Below, piece by piece: positions 7,132 to 16,617 of a DNA stretch of 64,000 bases (positions within the stretch are counted from its first letter, which is position 1; each line of letters begins with the position of its first letter). Both the position numbers and the translations under genes were made by a program. The stretch covers positions 3,488,001-3,552,000 of the forward strand of contig CBDASK010000003.1 in NCBI GenBank assembly GCA_965199495.1, written 5' to 3'. The DNA is from Abditibacterium sp. (GTDB lineage: Bacteria > Armatimonadota > Abditibacteriia > Abditibacteriales > Abditibacteriaceae). The notes beneath the pieces were generated by a model that was given only the letters and a program-made list of their open reading frames with translations, searched no databases and was not told the origin of the DNA.

Positions 7132-9654
7132 TTATTGCGCCCGATAACGCAACAATCGCAGCGCGTTCAAAACGACGACCAAAGTCGAGCCTTCATGAAA
7201 CACAACAGCCACGCCCAAATGCGCCAATCCAAACAACGTCGAAGGCACCAGCAGCGCGATAACGCCGAGCGAAATCCACAGATTTTGGCGAATGATATTT
7301 TTGGCCTGACGCGACAAACCCACGGCAAATGGCAGCTTGGACAGGTCGTCGGCCATGAGAGCCACGTCGGCGGTTTCGAGCGCGACATCGGTTCCGCCCG
7401 CGCCCATCGCGATGCCAACATCGGCGTTGGCCAAAGCGGGCGCATCATTCACGCCGTCGCCGATCATCGCCACGCCGCCGAACCGTTTTTGTAGTTCTTG
7501 AATTGCCGAAACTTTGTGTTCGGGCAACAAATCGGCGCGCACATCGGTCACGCCGACGAGCGGCGCCATGTGCGCCGCGACTTTGGCGTTGTCGCCAGTC
7601 AACATCACCAAATGTTCGATGCCCAATGCACGCAACTGTTCGAGCGTCGCTTTGGCTTCGGGCCGAATCGGATCGGCCAACGCCAACACTCCCAAAACCT
7701 GCGAATCGCGCGCGACGATCATCGTCGGTTTGCCGCTTGCGCCCAGCGTTTGCAATTGCGTTTTGAGTTCGGCGGACAACGAAATTTGGCTTTCCTCCAT
7801 CAAACGCGCGTTGCCGATGCGAACGGTTTGACCGTTCAATTCGGCCATCACACCGCGCCCTTTGAGCGTTTGCAAATCGCCGGTTGCGCTTAATTGCAGA
7901 CTATCTTTTTGCGCGCGTCGCACAACAGCTTGTGCGAGCGGGTGTGACGAACGCGCCTCGACCGACGCGGCGATACACAACAATTCGCGCGCGTCCACGT
8001 TTGGCGCCGGAACGATGTCAGCGACTTCGGGATGGCCGACTGTCAGCGTGCCAGTTTTATCGAAAGCAATGGCGCGCAGATTCCCCAAATTTTCCAGATA
8101 AACGCCGCCTTTAATCAAGACGCCGTTTTGCGCCGCGCGCGCGATTCCCGCCAACACCGCCGACGGCGTGGCTAAGGCCAGAGCGCAGGGCGAAGCGGCG
8201 ACCAAAGTCGAAATCGCGCGCAAAAATGCGACGGGCCAAGGGAGCCAGCCCAATAGCGGCGGCACAATCGCCGCCAACACTACGACGCCCAAAATCGTCG
8301 GGACGAAGATTTTCTCGAATTTATCGGCGAAGGTTTGCGAAGGCGCCTTTTGCGCTTGCGCTTCTTCGACCATTTTTTGCACGCGCGCAATCGTCGAATC
8401 GCTCGAAAGTTTGGTGACTTCGATTTCCAAAACGCCGTCGCCATTAATTGTTCCGGCGAACACGTTTTCGCCGGTTTCTTTTTCGACCGGCACGCTTTCA
8501 CCGGTAATCGGGCTTTGATCTACGCTCGAATTACCGCTCACGACGCGGCCATCAACCGGCACGCGGTCGCCCGCGCGCGCGACGACGATTTCGCCGACGC
8601 GCAATGTTTCAATCGGCACTTCGATTTCGCGTCCGTCGCGTTGGACGCGCGCGACCTTGGGCGTCAAATCGCCCAGCGCGCGAATCGCGTTGCGCGCGCG
8701 GCTCATCGCGTAATGTTCGAGCGCGTGGCCCAGCGAAAACAGAAATAGTAAAAACGCGCCTTCGGCCCATTGACCCAAGATGCCCGCGCCGACCGCGCCC
8801 AGAAGCATCAGAAATTCGACATCAAAACGCCCGCTCAGCACAGTTGGAATCGTGTGACGCGCCAGATTAATTCCGCCCGCGACGTAAGCCGCCAAGTAAA
8901 ATCCGAGTGCGACGATGAACGGCAACCCGAAGAATCGCTCGCCGAAAAAGCCAATCGTCAGCAACACGCCCGACGCCAACGACAGCGCCAACTCGCGATT
9001 GCGCACCAGCCACGGCGCGTTCGGATCGGCGTCGTGCCCATGATCGTGGCCGTCATTTTCATCGTGTTCGTCGTGCGCGCCTTCGCCGTGGCTGCTATGT
9101 TCGTCTTCGTCGTGATCGTGATGATGGCCGTCGCAATGCGCGTGATCGTGAACCGGCGGCGTCGCGCGCACTTTTTGGGTCGTGCCCGGCACGCGATAGC
9201 CCAATTTGCCGACGGCGCGCACGATAGCATCGCGCGAGGTCAAATCCGAATCGTATTCGACTTTTAACTTTTCGGTTGGATAATTGACGCGAACGTGCGT
9301 CACTCCGTTAATTTTGGCGACGACGTGTTCGATGGAAGCGGCGCAACTCGCGCAGTCCATGCCTTTGACGCCCAAGTTTTCGTGGCGAAAACGATTGGTA
9401 ATGGCGGTACCGGTATCGCGCGCCATGCGCTCTAATTTTTCGAGCGGAACTAAATTCGGATCGTAGTGCAAACACAAAACGCTCTGGCCGCTTTCGTTTT
9501 TGTCGAAATGTACGCTGGCAATGCCGGTCTGTTCGCGCAAGCGCGTTTCGAGGCGCCCGATGCAACCGTCGTCTTCGGTTTCGACGCCCGGCAAAACCAC
9601 CGGCAAATCGAGTTGGTGCGCCGCTTCGCCCGGCGCCAGTTGATGTTCAGCCAT
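7132..9654 (-). CDS. Heavy-metal translocating P1B-type ATPase
   Basis: GMDCASC HMA domain, His-rich linker, TGES, SPC, DKTGT, HP, GDGVNDAP, HEGS; start at ATG 9654. Confidence 0.95.
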   Translation of the reverse strand: MAEHQLAPGEAAHQLDLPVVLPGVETEDDGCIGRLETRLREQTGIASVHFDKNESGQSVLCLHYDPNLVPLEKLERMARDTGTAITNRFRHENLGVKGMDCASCAASIEHVVAKINGVTHVRVNYPTEKLKVEYDSDLTSRDAIVRAVGKLGYRVPGTTQKVRATPPVHDHAHCDGHHHDHDEDEHSSHGEGAHDEHDENDGHDHGHDADPNAPWLVRNRELALSLASGVLLTIGFFGERFFGLPFIVALGFYLAAYVAGGINLARHTIPTVLSGRFDVEFLMLLGAVGAGILGQWAEGAFLLFLFSLGHALEHYAMSRARNAIRALGDLTPKVARVQRDGREIEVPIETLRVGEIVVARAGDRVPVDGRVVSGNSSVDQSPITGESVPVEKETGENVFAGTINGDGVLEIEVTKLSSDSTIARVQKMVEEAQAQKAPSQTFADKFEKIFVPTILGVVVLAAIVPPLLGWLPWPVAFLRAISTLVAASPCALALATPSAVLAGIARAAQNGVLIKGGVYLENLGNLRAIAFDKTGTLTVGHPEVADIVPAPNVDARELLCIAASVEARSSHPLAQAVVRRAQKDSLQLSATGDLQTLKGRGVMAELNGQTVRIGNARLMEESQISLSAELKTQLQTLGASGKPTMIVARDSQVLGVLALADPIRPEAKATLEQLRALGIEHLVMLTGDNAKVAAHMAPLVGVTDVRADLLPEHKVSAIQELQKRFGGVAMIGDGVNDAPALANADVGIAMGAGGTDVALETADVALMADDLSKLPFAVGLSRQAKNIIRQNLWISLGVIALLVPSTLFGLAHLGVAVVFHEGSTLVVVLNALRLLRYRAQ

Positions 9655-9720
9655 ATTTTCAGAATAACACGCGCGCCGAAAAGATAAGGCGTTCGCATTA
9701 TTTCCCAACTTTCAAACGGT

Positions 9721-9760
9721 AAAATGCCCCGCGTAACCGAGGTTGCGCGGGGCATCAAAA
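9721..9760. terminator. Intrinsic terminator hairpin (U tail on the minus strand)
   Basis: ATGCCCCGCGTAACC/GGTTGCGCGGGGCAT, preceded on the plus strand by AAAA. Confidence 0.75.
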
Positions 9761-9885
9761 AGAAGGTGGCGACCGAGTCAGAGCGCTGGAAACACTCCGG
9801 GGTGTAAGGAGGGGGTGCGACGGGGAAATTGCGGAACGCCGCGTTCCAGTGGCGGCGGGGGCGAGGGGTTCGACTCGGTGTCGTT
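9721..9885 (-). ncRNA. Candidate structured small RNA, family unknown
   Basis: Nested complementarity ACCGAGTC/GACTCGGT and CTGGAA/TTCCAG, C-rich loops, downstream terminator, AT-rich upstream DNA. Confidence 0.4.
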
Positions 9886-10052
9886 TATATTTAGTTGTCT
9901 TGATTTGCAATTAACAAATCGTGTTTTAAGGTGCAGACGGCTGATAAACGGGTTACAAAACCCTGCTTTCGCCCTCATGGTTCAAAGAATAAGCGGCCCG
10001 CGTTTCGCCGATGTTTCGCGCCCGTAAAACTTCGTTTAACTCGCGATTCTTA

Positions 10053-10097
10053 GTTCAATCTTTTGAACGCGACTTTGTGAAAAATTGCACAAAGTCG
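10053..10097. promoter_or_regulatory. Two adjacent operator-like palindromes upstream of pncA; the second is Rex/CRP-like
   Basis: GTTCAA-N4-TTGAAC at 10053-10068; CGACTTTGTG-N8-CACAAAGTCG at 10070-10097 containing TTGTGAA-N4-TGCACAA. Confidence 0.6.
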
Positions 10098-10164
10098 GCG
10101 AATCAGGGAAAATAATTCTCATTGGCGCGATTGCAGACATCATTGCGGCCAGAGGAGAATTTTC

Positions 10165-10785
10165 ATGAATAGCTTAATAGTAGTTGATTTGCAGCACGAT
10201 TTCTGTCCCGGTGGCTCGTTGGCGGTGGCGCAGGGCGACGCGATAATTCCCGTCATTGACCGAATTTTACCTGCGTTCGATTGCGTGGTGGCGACGCAGG
10301 ATTGGCATCCGGCCAATCACCAGAGTTTCGCGGTCAACCATGCGGGCGCCCAAGTCGGCGACGTTATCGAATTGGGTGGAATGCCGCAGGTTTTGTGGCC
10401 GGTTCACTGCGTGCAAAATACCAATGGCGCGGCGTTTCATCGCGGGTTCGATATTTCGGGTTTGGACGCGGTTTTCCAAAAGGGCGTTGACCCGGAAATT
10501 GATTCGTATTCGGGATTTTTCGATAACGGCCACAAACGTTCGACTGGTCTGGGCGATTATCTTAATCAGCGCGGCGTCGGCACGGTTTATATTTGTGGCT
10601 TGGCGACCGACTATTGCGTCAAAGCCACGGCGCTCGATGCGATTGCCTTGGGTTTCGAGACATTCGTTATCAGCGACGCCTGTCGCGGCGTCAATTTGCA
10701 AGCGGGCGACGACGAGAAAGCGTTGGCTGAAATCGCCGAAGCGGGCGGAAAAATCGTTTCGAGCGCGGAAATTCTGGCGCGGTAA
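10165..10785 (+). CDS. pncA: Nicotinamidase/pyrazinamidase
   Basis: VVDLQHDFCPGGSLAV, TQDWHP, WPVHCVQ, DSYSGF, GLATDYCV; RBS AGGAG. Confidence 0.96.
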   Translation: MNSLIVVDLQHDFCPGGSLAVAQGDAIIPVIDRILPAFDCVVATQDWHPANHQSFAVNHAGAQVGDVIELGGMPQVLWPVHCVQNTNGAAFHRGFDISGLDAVFQKGVDPEIDSYSGFFDNGHKRSTGLGDYLNQRGVGTVYICGLATDYCVKATALDAIALGFETFVISDACRGVNLQAGDDEKALAEIAEAGGKIVSSAEILAR

Positions 10786-10814
10786 ATCGCGAAAAACAAA
10801 ACAGGATAGAAATA

Positions 10815-10994
10815 CCGCAGAAGGGCTGGCCTGTCATTTCGAGTGAGGCACGAACCGAGAAATCTGTCGCCCGCGCGGCAGCGCAGATTAAAGAAACTTC
10901 GACGTTCAAGATAAACCCTGACATCCGCTGGCGCGGGGCCGTAAGATTTCTCGGTTCGTGCCTCACTCGAAATGACAGGCCAGCCCTTCTGCGG
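10815..10994. repeat. GTCATT-type long inverted repeat (REP/MITE-like)
   Basis: 51-bp perfect inverted repeat 10815-10865/10944-10994. Confidence 0.9.
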
Positions 10995-11018
10995 CACACA
11001 TACAAACCAAAAAACATC

Positions 11019-12587
11019 ATGCGCAACATTTATTTCGACGGCTCGACCGCACTGCTCACCGATTTGTATCAACTGACGATGGCCTACGGCTATTGGAAAT
11101 CGGGGCGCGCCCAGCAACAGGCGAATTTTCAGTTGTTCTTTCGCAAACAACCATTTGACGGCGGATTCTCGGTCGCCTGCGGCATCGAACCAGCGCTCGA
11201 ATGGATCGAGAACTTTGGTTTCGACCATTCGGATTTGGAATATCTCGGCACCTTGAATGGCGCCGACGACAAACCGTTGTTTGAGCCAGCATTTTTGGAT
11301 TATCTGGGCGATCTGAAACTTGGCGTGAACATTGACGCGATGCGCGAGGGCACGGTTTGTTTCGCGCAGGAGCCGTTGATGCGCGTGCAGGGCAGCGTTT
11401 TGGAGTGTCAATTACTGGAGACGGCGTTGTTGAACATCGTCAATTTCCAGACTTTAATCGCGACAAAATCGGCGCGCATTTGTCTGGCGGCGGGCGAAGA
11501 CGGCGTGTTGGAATTCGGCGCGCGGCGGGCGCAGGGCATTGACGGCGCGCTGTCGGCTTCGCGTGCGGCGTTCGTCGGCGGATGCGCAGCCACGTCGAAC
11601 GTGTTGGCGGGCAAATGCTTCGGCATCCCGACGCGCGGCACGCACGCCCATTCGTGGGTCATGCTGTTCGATTCGGAACTGGAAGCCTTCGAGACTTACG
11701 CCCAAACTTTGCCCAACAACGTGGTATTTCTGGTGGATACCTACGACACGCTGGAAGGCACGCGGCACGCGGTCGAGGTCGGCAAAATGCTGCGCCAGCA
11801 CGGGCACGATTTGCTGGGCATCCGTTTGGATTCGGGCGATTTGGCGTATTTGAGCATCGAGGCGCGCAAGATTCTGGACGCGGGCGGTTTTCCCGACGCC
11901 AAGATTTACGCGTCGAACGATTTGGACGAAGAGACGATTGTCAGTCTGAAGCAGCAGGGCGCGCGCATCGGCGTGTGGGGCGTCGGCACGCGCTTGGTGA
12001 CGGGCCACGATCAACCGGCGCTGGGCGGCGTTTATAAATTGACGGCGACACGCGAGACGGAAAACGACGAATGGCAACCGCGCATTAAATTGTCGGAGCA
12101 GACGATCAAAATTTCCAATCCCGGCGTTTTGTGCGTGCGACGCTATTTCAGCGAAGAAAACGGCGCGCGCCAGAATGTGGCCGACGCGATTTACGAAGAA
12201 GGTCAGGCGCCCGAACGCGGCGCGATTATCGTTGATCCGCTCGATGCGATTCGGCGGCGACGCGTGAGTTCCAAGTTGCAATACGAAGAACTTTTGGTGC
12301 CCGCCGTGCGAAACGGCAAACGGTTGGACGCCAACGCGCCTTTGGCTCAGGCGCAGGGACGCGCGCGCGCCGGGTTGGCGGGTTTTGACGCGGGCATCAA
12401 GCGTTTTACCAATCCGCATCGTTATCCGGCGGGCTTGGAAGTGCAGTTGCACGAAAAGAAAATGGCGATGGTCGAGCGCGCGGCCACTCAGCGTTTAGGG
12501 CGCGACGAAGCGCCCGGTGAAGCGTTTGGAAGTTTAGACGGCGAAAGTGTTGCCACTTCGCCACAAGAAAGCGACCGTCAAAATTAA
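11019..12587 (+). CDS. pncB: Nicotinate phosphoribosyltransferase
   Basis: LLTDLYQLTM, EFGARRAQG, GTHAHSWV, LVDTYDT, IRLDSGDL, ASNDLDE, GGVYKL. Confidence 0.97.
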   Translation: MRNIYFDGSTALLTDLYQLTMAYGYWKSGRAQQQANFQLFFRKQPFDGGFSVACGIEPALEWIENFGFDHSDLEYLGTLNGADDKPLFEPAFLDYLGDLKLGVNIDAMREGTVCFAQEPLMRVQGSVLECQLLETALLNIVNFQTLIATKSARICLAAGEDGVLEFGARRAQGIDGALSASRAAFVGGCAATSNVLAGKCFGIPTRGTHAHSWVMLFDSELEAFETYAQTLPNNVVFLVDTYDTLEGTRHAVEVGKMLRQHGHDLLGIRLDSGDLAYLSIEARKILDAGGFPDAKIYASNDLDEETIVSLKQQGARIGVWGVGTRLVTGHDQPALGGVYKLTATRETENDEWQPRIKLSEQTIKISNPGVLCVRRYFSEENGARQNVADAIYEEGQAPERGAIIVDPLDAIRRRRVSSKLQYEELLVPAVRNGKRLDANAPLAQAQGRARAGLAGFDAGIKRFTNPHRYPAGLEVQLHEKKMAMVERAATQRLGRDEAPGEAFGSLDGESVATSPQESDRQN

Positions 12588-12712
12588 ACGTTTCCGAAAA
12601 GAAAATGAAAAAAATGACGGGTCGCCGTGAGCTTTATGGTTTAAAATTAATCTACTGCTCCCATTTCGATTGTTTTACGAGCGCACCCATCGAAATCCTG
12701 CGGTTTGTCATC

Positions 12713-15700
12713 ATGTCACTATTTTCACGCCTCGAAGAGCGCATGCGTGCGCGAGATTCGCAAGACGATTCCAAAGAAAAGCCCGCCAAATCCGAGCCGG
12801 AAAAAGGCGGACTTTTCGGCTCCATTGAACTCGGCCCCGCCGAAGAAGAAACGAGCGTGCCGCCGCCTTCGACTGCGGACGAAAGCGCCCCCGCCACAAA
12901 TGCGCCGCGCGAAGTGCCGTCTATCGTGGACGCGCGCGCCGAATTCGACCGCGCGCGCGCCGAGTTGGGAACGGGATGGTTCCGGCGCAATGCCGAAGCG
13001 ACTTCCGACCAGACCGACGAGGTGCCGCTCGACGAAACCGCGCACGCCAGTTTCGGCGCGGTGTCTCTGCCGCCCGTCGCGAATGACAATGCCGAGGCGC
13101 CTGATGTTGATGCGTCCACGGAAATGCCGATGCCCCAGCCCCTCGTCAGTTCGCCTGTCGCCGAGCAATCGTTGATTTCGACGCCGGAAATTGACGCGGA
13201 AATCGCGCCGCCGCCGATGCAGCCACCGGCCACAGAAAGCGGGATCGCGCCCGACGAAACCGTCATTTATGCGCCCACCGCCCCAGCAGAATCGCAGGGA
13301 GAAGAAGCGCGTGATTTCGTGCCCGCGATGGAACAGTCGCGAACTGCCGAAATCATTGAGGCGCCCGTAGAAACTCTCGAAATGTCGGTCGCTGAAACGC
13401 CAAAAATTGAAGACAAATCCACGCCCGTCGTGCGGCCCGGCGGCAACTCGAACTTGACGCCTTTTCAACGCTTAATGGCCGCGCGCGCCGCGCAGGGTGG
13501 CCCGCCCGTTTCGCGCCCGCGCATCGAACGTCCCGCTCCCGTCGTTCACGCGCCGGTCACCCAAACGCCCGTTATTGAACCACCCGTTATTGAACCACCC
13601 GTTATTGAACCACCCGTTATTGAACCACCCGTTGTGGAAACGCCCGTTGCGGAACTGCCCGTTGCGGAACTGCCCGAAGTTGAAACACTGGTCGCTGAAA
13701 CGCTGGCCGTTGAAGCGCCTATTGCGGAAACACCGGAAGTTGAAACGCTGGCCGTTGAAGCGCCCATTGCGGAAACACCGGTCGTCGAAACACCGGAAGT
13801 TGAAGCACCGGTGAATTCCACGACTAACGTTGAAGTGCCTGAAGCTCAAGTGCCTGAAGCTGAAACTTCGGAAGTTGACACGCTCGAAACTCAAGCGCCC
13901 GAAGTCGAAACGCCGGTTGTTGAAGAGAGTGCAAATCACTTCGAGGAAGTCGAGTTGCCAGCACAGGAAGCGATTCCGCAAATCGAAGTTCCAACCGAGG
14001 AAGTTTCAACCGAGGAAGTTCCCGCTGAGGAAATCGAGCAATCGGAACACGTTGTCGCGTCCGAATCGAGCAGCGAAGAATCCCGCGATGGAACGATGGA
14101 TGAGCTGATTGGCGAGCCGCAAGCGCAGGAAACTTATCCCATCGCTGAGGCGCCCAGTGTTGCCGAGGCTTTGGCCGATGCAGTTGCGCAATACCGCGAA
14201 TCCAGTACGACGGAATCCGATGCGACGGAATCTGAGCCAGTGGCCGAAACGGTGATAGAAGAGTCAATCGACGACGCATTGCCGGAGCAATCGCCGCGCG
14301 TTGAGTCCGAATTGGTGCAGGTGCCCGACGCCGTGGCTGATGCCGCGCCAGAGGAAAGCGAACCCGAACCTGTGGCGGAGACAATGCCCGCCGAACCTTC
14401 GCGGACGGCGGCGCCGGTTTCGTTCGCCGAGCGCTTGGCGGCACGCAAACGCCTTCAGGAAGCCCCCGCCGAAGTCGCGTCCAAGGGTGCGCCCGCCGCC
14501 GATGCGCCCGCCGTTGACGAAGTTGAAGCGCCCCCAACTCCCATGAATCTCGCGCCTCCGCCCGCTCCCAACGAAACGCCGCAACGTTCGGCGCCGCGCA
14601 GCTTTTCCGAGCGTTTGGCGTCGCGCACTGGTCTCGACCGCAATCTGCAAGCGCCCGTCGAAGAAGCAGCCACGCCGCAGGACTTGGCCAAACAGAGCGC
14701 CGAATTGGCGCGCATTGACCAGAGCGTGGAACTGTCGGAACGCGAAATGAAAAATCGCGTTTTGTTTCGTCAAAAAAACCTGATGTTCGATGCGGTCGTC
14801 GGCTCGCTCGATCAGCGCGCGTTGCAAAATCCGACGCGCGAAATCGTCAAACCACAAATCGAGCGCGCCGTTGATAATTCGCTACGCGAATTTGAGATGG
14901 CGCTCGAACCCGTTGACCGCAACTGGTTGGTAGACGAGTTCGTGCGCGAAACCACTGATCTGGGCGCGCTCGTGCCGATGCTCGAAGACCCCAGCGTTAG
15001 CAAAATCGTGGTGACCGGCGCCAACGACGTTTCGGTCGAGCGTCTGGGCCGCGTCGAGCGCACTGGCATTTCGTTTCGCGACGACGATCATCTGCTTTCG
15101 ATTGTGCGCCGCATGGCCGAAATGAGCGGCGGGCGCGTGGATGCTAAAGTGCCTTTGCTGGATCGGCCTCTGCCCGACGGCGGGCGCATTCGCGCCAAAG
15201 TGCCGCCGCTCGCGCCGCTTCCCACGCTGACCATCGAAAAATCCACCGGCAATCCGTTTGTCGCGCTCAAGCGCCAAATGGACGATAAATCGCGCAACGA
15301 AGCGTTGCCCTACGCGCAACTGCGCGAACGGATTCAGCAGCGTTTGCTGCGCGAATTCGAGGGCGACGCCGCCGCTTTGGGCGGCGACCAGGAGAAACTG
15401 CGCGAACAGGTCGAAGAGATGATCGGCTCGGTCATCGCCGAAGAACGCGTCGCCGTGACGCGCGCTGAACGCGCCAGTCTCGTGATGGATTTGCTCAACG
15501 AAATCGTTGGATTGGGGCCAATCGAACCGCTCCTCAACGATCCCGATATTGACGAAGTGATGGTCAACGGGCCATATCAGATTTACGTTGAGCGCAGGGG
15601 CAAACTCGAACTTTCCAATCAGCGTTTTCGCGACAACGCTCACGTCATGCAGGTCATTGACCGCATCGTGGCGCCTTTGGGCCGTCGCGTGGACGAAAAA

Positions 15701-16606
15701 TCACCGATGGTGGACGGACGACTGCGTGACGGCTCGCGGTTTAACGCGGTTATCCCGCCGCTCGCGCTGAGCGGCCCGACGATGACGATTCGCAAATTCG
15801 CGCGCGATCCGTTTACGATGAGCGATCTCATCAACTTCGGCACCCTGACGCGCGAGGCCGCGCAGTTCTTGCAGGCCGCCGTCGAAGGACGTTTGAATAT
15901 CATCGTTTCGGGCGGCACCGGTTCGGGTAAAACCACAACGCTCAACGTGTTGTCGAGCTTTATTCCATCAACCGAGCGCATCGTGACCATTGAAGACGCC
16001 GCCGAATTGCAGATGCGTCAGGAACACGTCATTCGCATGGAGACGCGCCCGCCCAACATCGAGGGCGTCGGCGAAGTCGGCATTCGCGATTTGGTGCGCA
16101 ACAGCTTGCGTATGCGCCCCGACCGCATCGTTGTCGGCGAATGTCGCGGCGGCGAGGCGTTGGATATGTTGCAGGCGATGAATACCGGGCACGACGGCAG
16201 TTTGACGACGGCGCACTCCAACGGGCCGCGCGACACCTGCAAACGTTTGGAAACGATGGTGATGATGGCCGGGTTTGACCTGCCGGTGCGCGCCATTCGC
16301 GAGCAGATTTCGATGGCGGTTCAGCTCATCGTTCACCAGGAGCGCATGCGAGATGGCAAACGCCGTGTTACAGCAATCACTGAGATCGTCGGCATGGAAA
16401 GCGACGTGCTGACGTTGCAGGACATTTTTCGCTTTGTGCAAGAGGGCATTGACGAAGAAGGCCGCATCATAGGCGGTCTGCAAGCCACCGGCATGCGCCC
16501 GAAATACTACGAAACCATCGTGGATAACGGAGTGCAACTTTCGATGGATTTGTTCGCGCCCAAGCCGTACGAAGCGTCCCCGCGTCCCCGCCTGGGATCT
16601 CGATAA
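12713..16606 (+). CDS. tadA: CpaF/TadA pilus assembly ATPase with long acidic N-terminal extension and duplicated N-domain
   Basis: GLGPIEPLL, SGGTGSGKTT, TIEDAAEL, LRMRPDRIVVGECRG, AMNTGHDGS; followed by tadB and tadC. Confidence 0.93.
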   Translation: MSLFSRLEERMRARDSQDDSKEKPAKSEPEKGGLFGSIELGPAEEETSVPPPSTADESAPATNAPREVPSIVDARAEFDRARAELGTGWFRRNAEATSDQTDEVPLDETAHASFGAVSLPPVANDNAEAPDVDASTEMPMPQPLVSSPVAEQSLISTPEIDAEIAPPPMQPPATESGIAPDETVIYAPTAPAESQGEEARDFVPAMEQSRTAEIIEAPVETLEMSVAETPKIEDKSTPVVRPGGNSNLTPFQRLMAARAAQGGPPVSRPRIERPAPVVHAPVTQTPVIEPPVIEPPVIEPPVIEPPVVETPVAELPVAELPEVETLVAETLAVEAPIAETPEVETLAVEAPIAETPVVETPEVEAPVNSTTNVEVPEAQVPEAETSEVDTLETQAPEVETPVVEESANHFEEVELPAQEAIPQIEVPTEEVSTEEVPAEEIEQSEHVVASESSSEESRDGTMDELIGEPQAQETYPIAEAPSVAEALADAVAQYRESSTTESDATESEPVAETVIEESIDDALPEQSPRVESELVQVPDAVADAAPEESEPEPVAETMPAEPSRTAAPVSFAERLAARKRLQEAPAEVASKGAPAADAPAVDEVEAPPTPMNLAPPPAPNETPQRSAPRSFSERLASRTGLDRNLQAPVEEAATPQDLAKQSAELARIDQSVELSEREMKNRVLFRQKNLMFDAVVGSLDQRALQNPTREIVKPQIERAVDNSLREFEMALEPVDRNWLVDEFVRETTDLGALVPMLEDPSVSKIVVTGANDVSVERLGRVERTGISFRDDDHLLSIVRRMAEMSGGRVDAKVPLLDRPLPDGGRIRAKVPPLAPLPTLTIEKSTGNPFVALKRQMDDKSRNEALPYAQLRERIQQRLLREFEGDAAALGGDQEKLREQVEEMIGSVIAEERVAVTRAERASLVMDLLNEIVGLGPIEPLLNDPDIDEVMVNGPYQIYVERRGKLELSNQRFRDNAHVMQVIDRIVAPLGRRVDEKSPMVDGRLRDGSRFNAVIPPLALSGPTMTIRKFARDPFTMSDLINFGTLTREAAQFLQAAVEGRLNIIVSGGTGSGKTTTLNVLSSFIPSTERIVTIEDAAELQMRQEHVIRMETRPPNIEGVGEVGIRDLVRNSLRMRPDRIVVGECRGGEALDMLQAMNTGHDGSLTTAHSNGPRDTCKRLETMVMMAGFDLPVRAIREQISMAVQLIVHQERMRDGKRRVTAITEIVGMESDVLTLQDIFRFVQEGIDEEGRIIGGLQATGMRPKYYETIVDNGVQLSMDLFAPKPYEASPRPRLGSR
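13568..13633 (+). repeat. Coding tandem repeat (GTTATTGAACCACCC)x4 encoding VIEPP
   Basis: Four exact 15-mers followed by degenerate VAE(L/T)P units. Confidence 0.9.
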
Positions 16607-16617
16607 ATTAAAGTTCT

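Noticed and set aside
9800..9885. tRNA or tRNA-Sec suggested by GGTTCGACTC at 9867-9876
   Set aside because: No acceptor stem, D arm, anticodon arm or CCA can be built around it
9743..10027. Small ORFs on both strands of the ATPase-pncA intergenic region
   Set aside because: Atypical composition and no recognisable domain; the AAGGAGG is too close to the only nearby GTG
13568..13810. Short direct repeats as a possible CRISPR array
   Set aside because: No unique spacers; the repeats are in-frame VIEPP/VAETP coding units and no cas genes are present
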